Part shown: positions 12,536 to 26,614 of the stretch, piece after piece
Position numbering within the stretch: the first letter of the stretch is position 1
How the letters are laid out: every line of letters starts with the position of its first letter
Origin: the human T2T-CHM13v2.0 reference genome, Homo sapiens
Reading direction: 5' to 3' (one strand)
Assembly: GCF_009914755.1 (NCBI RefSeq)
Contig: NC_060928.1
Length of the DNA stretch: 64,000 nt
The notes under the pieces: generated by a model
Told to the model about the DNA's origin: nothing
The model's input: the letters and a program-made list of their open reading frames with translations, nothing else
The model's database searches: none
Translations under genes and position numbers: made by a program

Positions 12536-12830
12536 GGTGAGACGCAGTGGCTCATGCCTGTAATCCTAGCACTTTGGAATGCCTAGGCAGGCAGATCACG
12601 AGGTCAGGAGTTCGAGACCAACCTGGCCAATATGGTGAAACCCCATCTAAAAATACAAAAAAATTAGCCAAGTGTGGTGGTGCTCACCTGTAATCTCAGC
12701 TACTTAGGAGACTGAGGCAAAAGAATTGCTTGAACCTGAGAGGCAGAGATTGCACCACTGCACTCCAGGCTGGGTGACAGAGTGAGACTCCATCTCAAAA
12801 AATAATAATAAATAAATAAAATAATAAATA
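12536..12830 (+). mobile_element. AluS inserted in the L1PB 5'UTR
   Basis: TSD aataatcacttcag at 12523-12536 and 12831-12844; short right-arm deletion near 12748; (AAAT)-type tail. Confidence 0.95.
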
Positions 12831-15800
12831 AATAATCACTTCAGCTCAGCTCTCAGGAAGCCACATCCATAGGAAAAGGGGGAGAGCACTACATCAAAGG
12901 AATACCCTGTGAGACAAAAGAATAATAGCCTTCAGCCCTAGACCTTCCCTCTTATAGCCTACCCAAATGAAAAGGAACCAGGAAACCAACTCTGGTAATA
13001 TGATAAACAAGGTTCTTTAACAACCCCAAAAAATCACACTAGCTCATCAGCAATAGACCCAAACCAAGGAGAAATCCCTGATTTACCTGAAAAAGAAATC
13101 AGGAGGTTAGTTATTAAGCTAATCAGGGACACACCAGATAAAGGCAAAGTTCAATGTAAGGAAATAAAAAACATGACACAAGAAGTGAAGAGAGAAATAT
13201 CCAAAAAAAATAGCATAAATAAAAAACAATCATAACTTCAGGAAACAATGGACACACTTATAGAAATGCAAAATGCTCTGGAAAGTCTCAGAAATAGAAC
13301 TGAACAAGGAGAAGAAAGAAATTCAGAGCTCAAAGACAAGTTCCTTGAATTAACCTAATCCAACAAAGACAAAGAAAAAAAATAAGAAAATATGAACAAA
13401 GCCTCCAAGAAGTCTAGGATTATGTTAAATGACAAAACCTAAGAATAATTGATGTTTCTGAGGAAGAAGAAAAATCTAAAAGTTTGGAAAACATATTTGG
13501 AGGGATGATTGAGGAAAACTTTCCCGGCCATGCTAGAGACCTAGACATCCAAATACAAGAAGCACAAAGACAACCTGGGAAATTTATCACAAAAAAAAAA
13601 ACATTGCCTAGGTACAGCATCATCAGGTTATCTAAATTTAAGATGAAGGTAAGAATTTTAAGAGCTGTGAGACAAAAGCACCAGGTAGCCGATAAAGGAA
13701 AAACCTATCAGATTAACTGAAGTTTTCTCAGAAGAAACCATACACGCTAGAAGGGATGGGGGTCTTATCTTCAGCCTCCTCAAACAAAACAATTATCAGC
13801 CAATAATTTTGTATCCAGTGAAACTAAGCCTCATATATAAAGGAAAGATAGAGTATTTTTCAGACAAGCGAATGCTGAGAGAATTTGCCACTACCAAACT
13901 ACCACTATAAGAACTGCTAAAAGGAGCTCTAAATCTTGAAACAAATCCTGGAAACACATCAAAACAGAACCTCTTGAAAGCATAAATCTCACAGGACCTA
14001 TAAAACAATAATACAATTTAAAAAAAAAACAAAAACCAGAAAACAAGGCATACAGGCAACAAATAGCCTGATGAATGGAAGGGTATCTCCCATCTCAATA
14101 CTAACATTGAATGTAAATGGCCTAAATTCTCCAATTAAAAGATACAGAATTGCAGAATAGATAAGAATTCACCAACCAACCATCTTCAGACTATACTATA
14201 AGGCCAAGGTCACCAAAACAGCATGGCACTGGTGCAAAGAGACTCATCTAACACATAAGGACTTGCACAAACTTAAGGTAAAGGAGTGAGAAAAGACATT
14301 TCATGCAAATGGACACCAAAACGAGCCAGAGTAGCTATTCTTATATCAGACAAAACAAACTCTAAAACAGTAGCAGTTAAAAAAGACAAAGAGGGATATT
14401 ATATTATGATAAAAGGCCTTGTCCAACTGAAGAATATCACAACCCTAAACATAAATGCACCTAACACTGCAGCTCACAAATTTATAAAACAATAACTAAT
14501 ATTCCTAAGAAATGAGATAGACAGCAACACAATAATAGTGAGGGACTTCAATACTCTACTGACAGCACTAGACAGGTCATCAAGACAGAAAGTCAACAAA
14601 GAAACAATGCACTTAAATTATAATATGGAACAAATGGACAGATATATACAGCACATTCCATCCCACAACCACAGAATATACATTCTATTCAACAGTGCAT
14701 GGAACTTTCTCCAAGATAGACCATGAGATAGGCCACAAAATAAGCCTCAATTAATTTCAGAAGATGAAAATTAAATCAAGTACTCTCTCAGACCACAGTG
14801 GAAAAAAACTGGAAATCAACTCCAAAAAGAACCTTCAAAACCACACAAATACATGGAAATTAAATAACCTGCTCCTGAATGATCATTGGGTCAAAAATAA
14901 AATCAAGATGGAAATTTAAAAAATTATTCAAACTGAACGACAATAGTGACACAACCTATCAAAACCTCTGGGACACAGCAAAGGCAGCGCTAAGAGGAAA
15001 GTTCATAGGCCTAAATGTCTACATCAAAAAGTCTGAAAGAGCACAAACAGACAATCTAAGGTCACATCTCGAGGAACTAGAGAAACCAGAACAAACCAAA
15101 ACCCAAACCCAGCAGGAGAAAGGAAGTAACCGTGATCGGAGCAGAATTAAATGAAATTAAAATGAAAAACAGAACAATACAAAAGATAAATGAAACAAAA
15201 ATCTGGTTATTTGAAACGATAAATAAAATTGATAGACCATTAGCAATATTAACCAAGAAAAGAAGAGAGAAAATCGAAATAACCTCAATAAGAAATGAAA
15301 TAGGAGATATTACAACTGATTCCGCAGAAATATAAGAGATCATCCAAGGCTGCAATGAACACCTTTACAAGCATAAACTAGAAAACCTAGAAGAGATGGA
15401 TAAATTTCTGGAAAAATACAATCCTCCTGGCTTAAATCAGGAAGAATAAGATATCCTGAACAGACTGATAGAAAGTAGTGAGATTGAAATTGTAATTAAA
15501 AAATTGCCAACAAAAAAAGCCCAGGACCAGATGGATTCACAGCAGAATTCTACCAGACATTCAAAGAATAGTGATATTATTCCACAAGATAGAGAAAGAG
15601 GGGACCCCACCTAATTCATTCTATGAAGACAGTATCACCTTTATACCAACAAAAACCAGGTAATGACATTAAAAAAAAAAACCTACAGACCAATATCCCT
15701 GATTACTATAGATGCTAAAATCCTTAACAAAACACTAGCTAACTGAATCCTACAACATATCAAAAAGATAATCCACCATGATCGAATGTGTTTCATACCA

Positions 15801-17576
15801 GGGATACAGGGATGGTTTAACATATGCAAGTCAATAAATGTGATACAACACATAAAAAGAATTAAAAACAGAAATTACATGATCATCTCAATAGATACAG
15901 AAAGAGCATTCCACAAAATTCCAGCATCCGTTTATGATTAAAACTCTCAGCAAAATCAGCATACATGGAACATACCTCAATATAATAAAAACCATCTATG
16001 ACAAACCCATAGCCAACATAATGCTGAATGGGGAAAAATTGATAGCATTCCCTGTGAGAACTGGAACAAGACAAGGATGCCCACTCTCACCACTCCTCTT
16101 CAACATAGTACTAGAAGTCTATGTTTCTCTTGTCTGACGAGAAACAAATAAAGGACATTCAAATTGGTAAAGAGGAAGTCAAACTGTCACTGTTTCTGAT
16201 GATATGATTATATACCTAGAAAACCTTAAAGACTCCTTTAGAAAGCTCCTAAGACTGATAAAAGAATTCGGCAAAGTTTCCAGATACAAAATTAATGTAC
16301 ACAAATCAATAGCTCTTCTATACACCAACAGTGACCAAGCTGAGAATCAAATCAAGAACCAGCCCCCTTTACAATAGCTGCAGAAAAAATAAAATACTTA
16401 GGAATATACCTAACCAAGGAGGTGGAAGACCTCTACAAGGAAAACTATGAAACACTGCTGAAAGAAATCATAGATGACACAAACAAATGGAAACACATCT
16501 CATGCTCATTGATGGGTAGAATCAATATTATGAAAATGACCATACTGCCAAAAGCTATCTACAAATTCAATACATTCCCCATAAAAATACCACTATCATT
16601 CTTCAGAAAATTAGAAAAAACAATTCTAAAATTCATATGACCAAAAAAGAGCTTGCATGGCCAAAGCAAGACTAAGCAAAAAGAACAAATCTGGAGGCAT
16701 CACATTACCTGATTTCAGACTATACTATAAGGCCAACCAAAACAGCATGGCACTGGTACAAAATAGGCACACAGACCAATGGAACAGAATAGAGAACCCA
16801 GAAATAAACCCAAAAACTATGATCAACTGATCTTTGACAAAGCAAACAAAAACATAAAGTGGGAAAAGGACACCCTTTTCAACAAATAGCGCTGAGATAA
16901 TTGGCTAGCCAGATGTAGGAGAATGAAACTGGATCCTCATCTCTCATCTTATACAAAAATCAACTCAAGATGGATTAAAGACTTAAATCTAAGACCTGAA
17001 ACTATTAAAATTCTAGATGATACAATTGGAAAAATTCCTTTAGACATTGGCTTAGGCAAGGATTTCGTGACCAAGAACCCAAAAGCAAATTAAAACAAAG
17101 ATAAATAGCTGGGACTTAATTAAACCAAAGAGCTTTTGCATGACAAAAGGAACAGTCAGCAGAGTAAACAGACAACCCAAATTTTCACAATCTATACATC
17201 TGACAAAGGACTAATATCCAGAATCTACAATGAACTCAAACCAACAAGAAAAAAAACAAACATAATTAAAAATGTAAAAAAAATAGTAGATGTTGGCATG
17301 AATATGGTGAAGAGGGAACATGTCTACACTGCTGATGGGAATGTAAAGTAGTACAGCCACTATTTAAAACAGTGTGGAGATTCTGCAAAGAACTAAAAGT
17401 AGAACTATCATTTGATCCAGCAATCCCACTACTGGGTATCTACCCAGAGGAAAAGAAGTCCTTATACAAAAAATATACTTGCATACGTATGTTTTTAGCC
17501 GTACAATTCACAATTGCAAAAACTTGTAACCCACCCAAATGCCCATCAATCAATGAGTGGATAAAGCAACTGTGAG

Positions 17577-17657
17577 ATATATATACGTGTGTGTATATAT
17601 ATATGTATATGTATATGTGTGTGTGTGTGTGTATATATATATAAACATACACATGTA
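17577..17657. repeat. (TA)n/(TG)n microsatellite within the L1PB 3' end
   Basis: Seen directly. Confidence 0.9.
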
Positions 17658-18369
17658 TGATGGAATACTGCTCAGCCATAAAAAGGAATGAATTAGTGGC
17701 ATTCACAGGGACCGGGATGAGATTGGAGATTATTATTCTAAGTGAAGTAACTCAGGAATGGAAAACCAAACATTGTATGTTCTCACTCTTAAGTGGGAGC
17801 TAAGCTATGAGGATGCAAAGGCATTAGAATGACACAATGGACTTTGGGGACTCAGAGGGAAAGGGTCGGAAGTGGGTGAGGGATAAAAGACTACAAATAG
17901 GTCTCAGTATATACTGCTCAGGTGATGGGTGGACCAAAATCTTGCAAATCACCACTAAAGAATTTACCCATGTAACCAAACACCATCTGTTCCCCAATAA
18001 TCTATGGAAATTAAAGAATATTTTAAAAGTGTATTCCTCAGGGAGAAGAAATGTTATCCCGGATGAAAGGTTTAAGATATAAAGTAACAAAAATACTAAA
18101 AAATTAAACAAATAAAAATGAATATTTACAGGAAAGGTGCTTCAAAAACATCAACACATTTTTAAGAAGCTAATAGCTTACATTTTGAAGCTATTTAAAC
18201 TTATAACTGCACTTGGACAAGTGGAACACACTGTTGCATCATCTTGTGATTTAACAATAGCAATTAAGTGAAAGATATAATTTGTGGTGATGTTGAAAAA
18301 TATCAATTAATATTTGATTTTTATAAGTGAAGGTTTAATGAATATTTTGACCTAATTTTGGATGTTTTA

Positions 18370-18730
18370 CCATTGCAGAATTTATGCTTTGCCCTTCCTT
18401 TCCCTATTACCACATACCTGTATTTTAGATAAGAAAACACACCTCCTGTGCTCTCTGAACTAGTGGAAGTCTTGAGCTTTGCAACCCTAACTTTCACACG
18501 TGAGCATCCCTTTTAGCCCCATCCCTTACACACTACACCATCTCAACTTACTGTTATTTTTTTTTCCTGTTTTCTTTCCAGACTGGTTTGCACTTATTCT
18601 GCTCTCTCCAGAAGTTCCTGGTGTGAGTAATAAATTTTTTCAATTTTCAAGGTGTGTGAAGTGTTATCAGCTTTGATATCTGATTTAATACTTAGAAAGG
18701 GCTCATTTCCCTTCATTGGGTGACCATAAT
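18370..18730 (+). mobile_element. Old ERV-type LTR fragment (family uncertain)
   Basis: gtgagtaataaa poly-A signal followed by a U5-like segment ending gggtgaccataa; interrupts the old L1. Confidence 0.45.
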
Positions 18731-19481
18731 CTTTAGAGAAATGACTAAATATATAGTTAAGAAGTATGTAACTTCCTGGCTAATGGAAGAAAAAGTGAAA
18801 TAATAAGACATAATCAATCCAAATAAGATAGGAAGGGGGCAACATGGAGCAGACAGTACGGGGGAAGCAAATGGAATTCAAAAAAATATCTTACTCAAAC
18901 CAAATGTATCAATTATTACATTAAATATAGTCTAAATTATTTTGTTAAATGATAACAATATTTCAGAATAAAACTATTAAATATATACAAAGTGAAAGGA
19001 GGAATCTAGAGCATAATACTACAGAAAGGATAACAACAATTGACAAAGATCTACCCATTATAACATAATGTCAAAAATTTTAATTTACTAGGGAACTAAA
19101 TGGTATACTATAGCATATCAGAATGATAAAACTTTTAATTCACTAAACAGTCGAGGACAATATACCATATCACATAATAAAGTTTAAATTTGCTAAGGAT
19201 GAAATAATTATAAACCTGTATGAACCTGATAATATGCCTCAAATGTGTAAAGCAAAAATAGAGGAGATTTCAAAGGAACAACATATGAATACATAATCAA
19301 AATGAGAGCATTTAAGATGCTGCTCTAAGGATTGAGTCAAAAATTCAGTAAGAAAATAAAACTTTGGAGCCACCTGAATAAATATGGCGTAAGAATGAAA
19401 TAATCTTGCACCTAGCAATTGCAGGATATGCACACTTTCCTTATGCCCTGGTACATTTACTAAAATTGACCATATATTAAA

Positions 19482-19914
19482 TATATTAGGGTTCACCAGA
19501 AAAACAGAACCAATAGAATATGTATGTACATATGTATGTATGTATGTAGAGGGTAAGAGACAAAGAGAGAGATTAATTTACTTTACACAATTGGCTCATG
19601 GCATTATGGAGAAGGCCTGCAAGTTCAAAATCTGCAGGGTAGGCTGACAGGTTGGAGATTCATGGAAGAGCTGATGTTGAAGTTTGATTTTGAAAGCCAA
19701 GTGCTGGTAGAATTCCCTCTTACTCAACAAAGGTCAGTCTTTTGGTTCTATTTATGCTGTCCACTTATTAAATGAGGACTATTCACTTATTCAAAATCCA
19801 TTGATTTAAATGTTAATCTAATCTAAAAAATGCCATACAGAAACATTCAGAATAATGTTTGACCAAATATATGGGCACTATGGCACAGCCAAGTGAACAG
19901 AATTAACCATTACA
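19482..19914 (-). mobile_element. MLT2 (ERVL) LTR
   Basis: attagggttcaccagaaaaacagaaccaatag ... gaataatgtttgaccaaatat...aattaaccattaca is the reverse complement of an MLT2 LTR. Confidence 0.9.
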
Positions 19915-20211
19915 CCAGACCATAAAGCAGGTATCAGTGAATTTCAGATGAAGGACCCCATATAAAGTTTTTTCTCTGAAAGAAGTGAAATTTAGAAATC
20001 CAAAACAAAACATTGTCTGAAAAAATCCCTATGTGCTTATTACATAGAGAATAGAATTCTACATAAGTAATGGGGAAAAGAAGGAAAATATTTTAAACTG
20101 AAAAATAATAAAAACACTACCTATGTCAACTTGTAAAATACTACTAAAGGCATACTTCGAGGTTAACTTACGGTCTTCAAAGAATATTTTATAAAAAGAA
20201 AGGCAAGAGAG

Positions 20212-20432
20212 AGGCAGTCACTTCAGCCCAATGCAGGAAACTCAAATTGGCTATTTATGCTCTCAAGTTCCTTGTGAAGTTGACTGAGGCTTTATTAGAC
20301 TTCATCACAGTTTGATTTTACCCTGACCAAAAGCTACATCCTCCTCCACCTTCCACAGTTGTTGATGATGCCTAGTAAATACCTCTAAAAGGTATTTTAT
20401 CTCAAAATCTGCTTCAAAAAACCAACTTGCTA
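20212..20432 (+). mobile_element. ERVL LTR fragment (LTR33/LTR16-like)
   Basis: ccttccacagttgttgat...atctcaaaatctgcttcaaaaaaccaacttgctac resembles the LTR33/16 3' end. Confidence 0.55.
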
Positions 20433-20979
20433 CCCTACTCAAGTAGAAAGTAGGCATACACAATGACCCAACATATCGCTCTTGATTTATAATAAAGAGA
20501 AATACATTTGCAGCAAGAGATAAGTACAAGAATGTCCATAATAGTGGCATCTATTATAGACAAAAACTGGAAGCAGTCCAACACTAGAATGCATAAATAA
20601 ATTGGGTTATGTTCTTATGATGGATGGCAATATATATACATATAGCAATATAATTAATGAAGTTCAGTTTCATGTAACAAGAGATATGAATATGACAATT
20701 CGGGAGAAGCAAAAGGATCCATAGAAAAAATGCATAATAAATGAAAGTTAAAATACCAGTCAAAAGTAAACTATTGCATTACAGTTTCCCATAAATTTGT
20801 CTTTGAGGGAAAATTAGTGATAGAGAAGGTTCATTATGGGGGCTTTTGAGATCCTGACAATGCTTCATTTCTTGAACAGGTTGGACGTTTTATATGTGTC
20901 CACTTTATACTAATTCACCAAGTGAAATATAGACGTTCTGTAGTCTATACTAAAGCAATTCTGTGATTGCTTGATTTAG

Positions 20980-21256
20980 TCCTTCAACACTTAGTTAAGA
21001 CATCACTCCTCATGAAGGACTTGTCTGACTCTTATCTATTGTAACTCCTCTCATTCTTTCTACCTCATCTATCATGTAAATGCCTTTTTCTTATTATATC
21101 AATTGTTAATAGTTTATTTACTAATTCAGTTTTTGTCTTGTCACCTTACCATAATGTTATATCCATGGTATTAGGTATCTTGTTTCTTCACTGCTACATT
21201 TCCAATACTAAACCGTGCCTAGTATGTAATAGAAACTCAATAAACATTTGTTGAAT
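20980..21256 (+). mobile_element. L2 3' end
   Basis: gtgcctagtatgtaatagaaactcaataaacatttgttgaat terminus. Confidence 0.75.
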
Positions 21257-22349
21257 TTAGGAGTAAATTAACTGATTATTAATAGTTTTGCAGCCTGTAT
21301 TGAATGATCCTTTATTCTACTATAGATTTTTAATGGCCTTTTAATTACATATAAAATAGTTTTTTTGTATTTTGCATCTAGACCCTATTTTTATCACATT
21401 ATTTTTCTCTACATTTGTGCCTACATGCAGTTAAATCTATATTATTCTTGAACTTACAATATTAACAGAAATTGTTTTCAGTGTTTTAGAGCTGGATTGA
21501 AACAACTGTCATTGAAAATATGCCTTTTCCTGACTTTTTAAAATGCAACTTTTGGTTTTGTTTTTTTAAATATAAGGGGAAATATATTTTTGATATTGTA
21601 TCCACGTATACCATTAAGTAGAAGATAACTCAGTCCCTGAAGTCATTGATATAAAATAGCTCATGAGGCAAGTGTGTTTCCATTTATCTGAAATATAATC
21701 ACCTTACTTCATTCTTTTTTCTATTAATATTAGTTGTTTTAATCATTCAAAAAGGAAGATTTCATTATTATAAATAAATGATAACTAAATATCTTTATTA
21801 TTCACTAGCTATATATATAGGTGTGTTTGTGTGTTTATACATGCATGTCCAAAAATTATGCCATTAATTGATAGCTGTGACTATACTAAGTAAAGGAGAA
21901 AAGAGCCACACAAGAATGATAAACTGAAAAAATCCAGTGAACGCAGTTTCAGTTCCAAAATATTATGACTAATATAGTATGAAAATATTATTTTTTTATT
22001 TTTGAGTTTAGATATTTGATATCATAGGAAATGGAAAGGTCAATAAAGCTAATATAAGCCATAGAAATAGAATGTGTGTGTATGTGTGTGTTCAGATGAA
22101 TATTTCAAATACCTTGGAAAAGTACGAGTAATTGAAGGACTTCTCTTATACTAAAAACGATATATATTAAATATAATGATGATAACCTGAACGTCTTTGT
22201 TCTTTAAATATTCTGCCTAGAGAAAAGTCGGGTGCCTGTCTCAGTTCCAACAATAGCTGTACAGTACTAGTAACTGCCTTATGTGCACCCATACGTGGGG
22301 AACCGTCAAAACCATCAAACCTTGAAATTTTTTACTCCTACTGATCTTA

Positions 22350-23450
22350 TTATTCTGTTTAATCTTTTAAGCATTTTTATTCTTCTGAGAGTAATAAATG
22401 CATATAGTTTAAAAAGTCAACTAGTCCTACAAGGCTATAATAGATTATTAGAACTCTCTTGCCTCACTTATCCCATTCTGACTCCCTACAGACAAATGTT
22501 TTCATCTATTTTTAAAATATTTTTTCTGTTTATTTCAATATTTAAAAATTGTATCTTTTACTGCTATTTTTGAAGTATGAACTTCAGAAATTATCTACTG
22601 ACTCCATTTTATGAAAATCGAATAATTATTAATCTTAATTACTACTCTTGTTTCTTTCCCCCATCCTTCTAAATTAATGCTATGAGTTTTATTAAATCAA
22701 TATTTTTGCTGTATTATGAAAAGCTATGTAAATATTGTATGAGTCTTTTACCATGATTACATTTCCTTTCTGCTCTTCCTATGGATAATAATTGCCTTAA
22801 AATATTGTGTATTTCCAGATATATGTATCACATAATTTTCCAAACTTACCAAAAGAGATGTGATCTCACTTTTATATAACTTACCACTTTCTCAAACATT
22901 TTATGAAATCACTTAATTAAATTTTCATCAAGACCTCTCTTCTGAATCCTCTTGGTTCTCTTAGTTCAGTCTGGATAGACTGAGTTCCAAGCCTGCTACA
23001 GAATCATTGTGCTGAGGGCTTTTCACTCTCTACTAGATTTCTCTTTACCACTCATTTATGGCAAACACACTGCTGGATCCAGTGTATTTTCTTTTTTAAT
23101 TTAATTTGTCATATTTGGGAAACATATGCTCTAGTAGCTTCTTGAAATGAGGTGTAAGGTAGGTAAATTTTTTTAGCTCTTCTTCTCATTTTGAAAATTC
23201 CTTCCTCTGTGCCCTCTCCTCTTACTTTGCTGAATTACAGAATTTTTCGGTTGATGTGGTTTTTCAGAATTTTCATGGCTTTATTATAGTCTATCTTCTA
23301 ATGTTAGAGAATTTGCATCCACATCCTTTTGTATATAAATTGTTATTTTATGCATTTTTTTAAAAATAAAATTTTCCTTATCCCACTATGCTAAAATTTT
23401 ACTAAAATGTACACTCATGTGAGCCTGTTTAATTTTTTTCTAAGTAATTA
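22350..23450 (-). mobile_element. Degenerate old L1M/HAL1 fragments
   Basis: T-rich antisense L1-like sequence (ctctagtagcttcttgaaatgaggtgtaaggtaggtaaattttt). Confidence 0.45.
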
Positions 23451-23487
23451 ATGATTTCATTACATTTATTAAAATATTTATTACATC

Positions 23488-23692
23488 TTTGTTGTGGTAA
23501 AATTGGCAAATAAAAATTGCATATACTTAAGGTGTACAATAGGATAATTTGATATAGGTATACATTGTATAATGATGACCACATCAAATTAGTGAAAACA
23601 TCCATCATCATCTTTAGTTACCATTTTGTGTGTGGAGGGGGGTGGTCGGGGGAGCGTAGTGAGGACACGTAAAATCTGCTTTCTTATCAAAA
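23488..23692 (-). mobile_element. L1MA8/9-like 3' end
   Basis: ttggcaaataaaaattgcatatacttaaggtgtacaa...gtgaggacacgtaaaatctgctttctta. Confidence 0.85.
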
Positions 23693-24039
23693 TGTTTTTG
23701 AATTTTTTTTTTTGGAAACTTTTCTTCATGTATTCCTTTCTTTGGATTCTTCTTAAATCAATCTTTTTCCTATGTGCTTTATATTATCCATATTTTTTTT
23801 TTACTTTGGTTTCATTTTTGGAGGTTTTCTTAACTTGAGCTTCTAACAATTCTAACATTGTTTCCTATGATGAATACTTCACTTCTGCAAATTATGTTTC
23901 TCTTGCTTCCTATTTTTTAATTGCATCCTTTTCTGTTCCAGGGAATGAATCATCTACTCTGCAGTGGTAATGAACAGAGAGGTTCATTTTCAGATTGGCT
24001 TATTTTATATGGTAATATGTATTTAAGTTTGTTCCATAT

Positions 24040-24712
24040 ATTTTCTTGGCTTGATAACTCATTTATGTTTAACACCAAATAATATTCCAATCTCTGGATG
24101 TTTCAAAGCTTATCCATTCACATATTGAAAGACATCTTGGTTGTTTCTAAGTTTTGGCAACTATAAATAAAGCTGCTTTATACATTCATGTGAAGGTTTT
24201 TATGTGGACATAAGTTTTCACTTTATTTGGGTAAATGCCAAGGAATGTGACTGCTGGATCATATGGTAAGAGTATGTTTAGTGTTGTAAGAACCTACCAA
24301 GCCGTCTGCCAAAGTCACTGTAGCATTTTGCATTCCCAGAAAAATGAATGAGAGTTCCTGTTGCTCCACATTCTCCTCAGCATTTGGTGTAGTCAGTATT
24401 TTAGATTTTATCCTTTCTAACAAGTAGATAGTTGTATCTCATTGTTGTTTTAATTTGCAATTCCCCAGTGACATCTGATATTGAGCATCTTTTCATGTGA
24501 TCAGTTGCCATTTTTATGTCTTCTTTGGTAAGGTGTTTATTTACTCTTCTGCCCATTTTTCAAATTTAAGCTATTTGTTTCCTTATTGTTGAGTTTTGAG
24601 AGTTCTTTACATATTTTGAATAGTACTTTCTAAGATATATCTTTTATAAATGTTTTCACACAATCTGTGGCCAGTCTTCTCGTTCCCTTCACAATTTATT
24701 TTGCAGAGCAGC
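24040..24712 (-). mobile_element. L1MB/L1MC 3' ORF2 fragment
   Basis: aataaagctgct, ctgctggatcatatggtaagagtatgtttagt, tgttgctccacattctcctcagcatttggtg. Confidence 0.88.
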
Positions 24713-26614
24713 TCTATCCACTTTTCATCATCCAAAAATATATTGACTTTCTTCATTTTCTTTGGTACCATGATACAGAAATAGATATATAGGCATACAT
24801 GTATAGTTATATGTCCGGTATATATATTATATAGAATAATGTAATATATGTATAGTAACATATATACAAATTTATTGATCTTAGTTAATTCTTACCCCTG
24901 ATAACCCATTCTAAAATTCTTAAACTTCCCCTGAGCATTTATCAGAGTATCACATTCTTTGTCCTATTTTCTTTATAAAATTTATCACTATCTAGCTAAC
25001 TTTTCCTTACTGCTTTATTAACCCCCATGAGAGCAGGAACTTTGTCTCTCTTGCATATGCAAGAGTTCTTGCCACACTTGCTTACTCAATGCTTTTTGTT
25101 GAATTAGTAAATGTAGAGATAGTTTCCAAATTTGCTTACTGTATATAATTTTATGAGAGTTTTTCTTTTTTTTCTTTTATAGTCATCTGAAATAGTGATA
25201 TTTCATTTAAACCAATTTAAATATAAGACAAACATTACTAATTATTGGGTACCAACTTTATCACTGATTATACACTAAAATTACAAATATTAAAGTTTTG
25301 CTGAACAAATTTGCATTTAGTCAATAAATATATATTGTGCAAAGGAGTAGGATAATGGTTTGGGGAGATTCATAATATAATCAATCATATTACCTGTCAT
25401 CAAGAAACTCATAAGTTTAAGAATAATAATGCATGCACATGAATACCTAGAATATAAGGCAGAAAATATCTATGATAATGGGATGATACCTACAATGTAG
25501 TAGCATTCAGAAGTAAAAGTCTTTACTTCTACATATAATTCATGCTTGCTAAATTCTGCCAAAAATTGTGCTTGCTAAAGAAATATATTTCACTTCAGTT
25601 CTCCCTGTTTCACAGTTATAATTTTGTATACAAATGAGAACTCTTAGTTACATAGACTGTCAGAATTAAACTGACTTCTGTTTCTTTGTATTCATAATTA
25701 TAATATTATCACTTAATTTGAATCTAGTGTTTATATCCAGGAAAATTACTACCATTTTGCCCAAAGCAAGCTCAAGCCTACTGAATAATTACTTACATAC
25801 ATATTCTTGAAAGTGAATCCGTTTCTTTGAGTCCATACCTGTTTTGGCTGATTAAATAATTGGGACTTATATGAATTAACTCTATATAGAAAACAATGTT
25901 CATTATAGGATAATAAAACAGTGTTAATTTACAGCTTACATATACAGTATGAAAACCCAATCATAACTGCAGCAGCTATTTAGAATTTAGACCAAGTGGA
26001 GTTTTTTAATAAAGGAGTATTTTATTTCAGACATCATTTAGAATTGCTTAAATAGGTGATAATAAATATCAAATGGACTTCTGTTAGATTTTATTTTTTA
26101 ATAATTGCCTACAGATAATAAACTCAACACTCTTCCTCATACCTCACTGCCTCATCCAGGGAACACTGCCTGCACCTGGCCCTAAGTATGCCATTGAACT
26201 TCCTGTAGGTGAAGAGAAGAAAGGCCAAATCATTGAGGTATTTTGAAAAAATCAAAATATGGTAAATAGAATGGTAATATTAAGGGATAAAGCATGGAAG
26301 TGTGTTCAATGGACATGGGGAAACAATGGAAGCTTTTAAACAGGGCAATACATAGAGAAGTAGCTTTAAATGACATATCTGATAGGAATGTGCAGGCTGT
26401 ACTGGAGAAAGACACTGAAGAAAAAAGACTTTAGACATGGAGTTTATCAGAAGGAAATTAATATGATAGACAAGTAGAAATGAGAGTAAACAAAGTTATT
26501 AAGTAATCTGCATGCACAAAAACTAAAATATTGATACTAGGAATAAACAGAAGGTCATTAATATATGGCAGAAGGAGAGTGATATGGATTATCTATAAAA
26601 ACAGTGACATTTAT

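Larger units (their letters stand above)
11257..18018 (+). mobile_element. Near-full-length L1PB (5'UTR, ORF1, ORF2, 3'UTR), inactivated by stops, frameshifts and deletions
   Basis: L1PB-type 5' end (gaggcaggactaga...gctccagaacaactgcaggaataaatcagg); ORF1 remnants from ATG 12967 (track ORF 13484-13720); ORF2 from ~14071 with EN and RT remnants ([21 protein letters not shown] in 15934-16137); L1PB 3'UTR ending caccatctgttccccaataatctatggaaa. Confidence 0.95.
18735..20940 (+). mobile_element. Old L1ME ORF2/3' fragments interrupted by MLT2 and an LTR33/LTR16-like element
   Basis: EN-like (tcaattattacattaaatatag, acatttactaaaattgaccatat) and 3'UTR-like (ggggcttttgagatcctgacaatg) segments. Confidence 0.6.

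Noticed and set aside
12967-17350. L1PB ORF1/ORF2 as functional CDS
   Set aside because: Many stops, frameshifts and deletions and a damaged RT catalytic motif near 16193-16206; not retrotransposition-competent.
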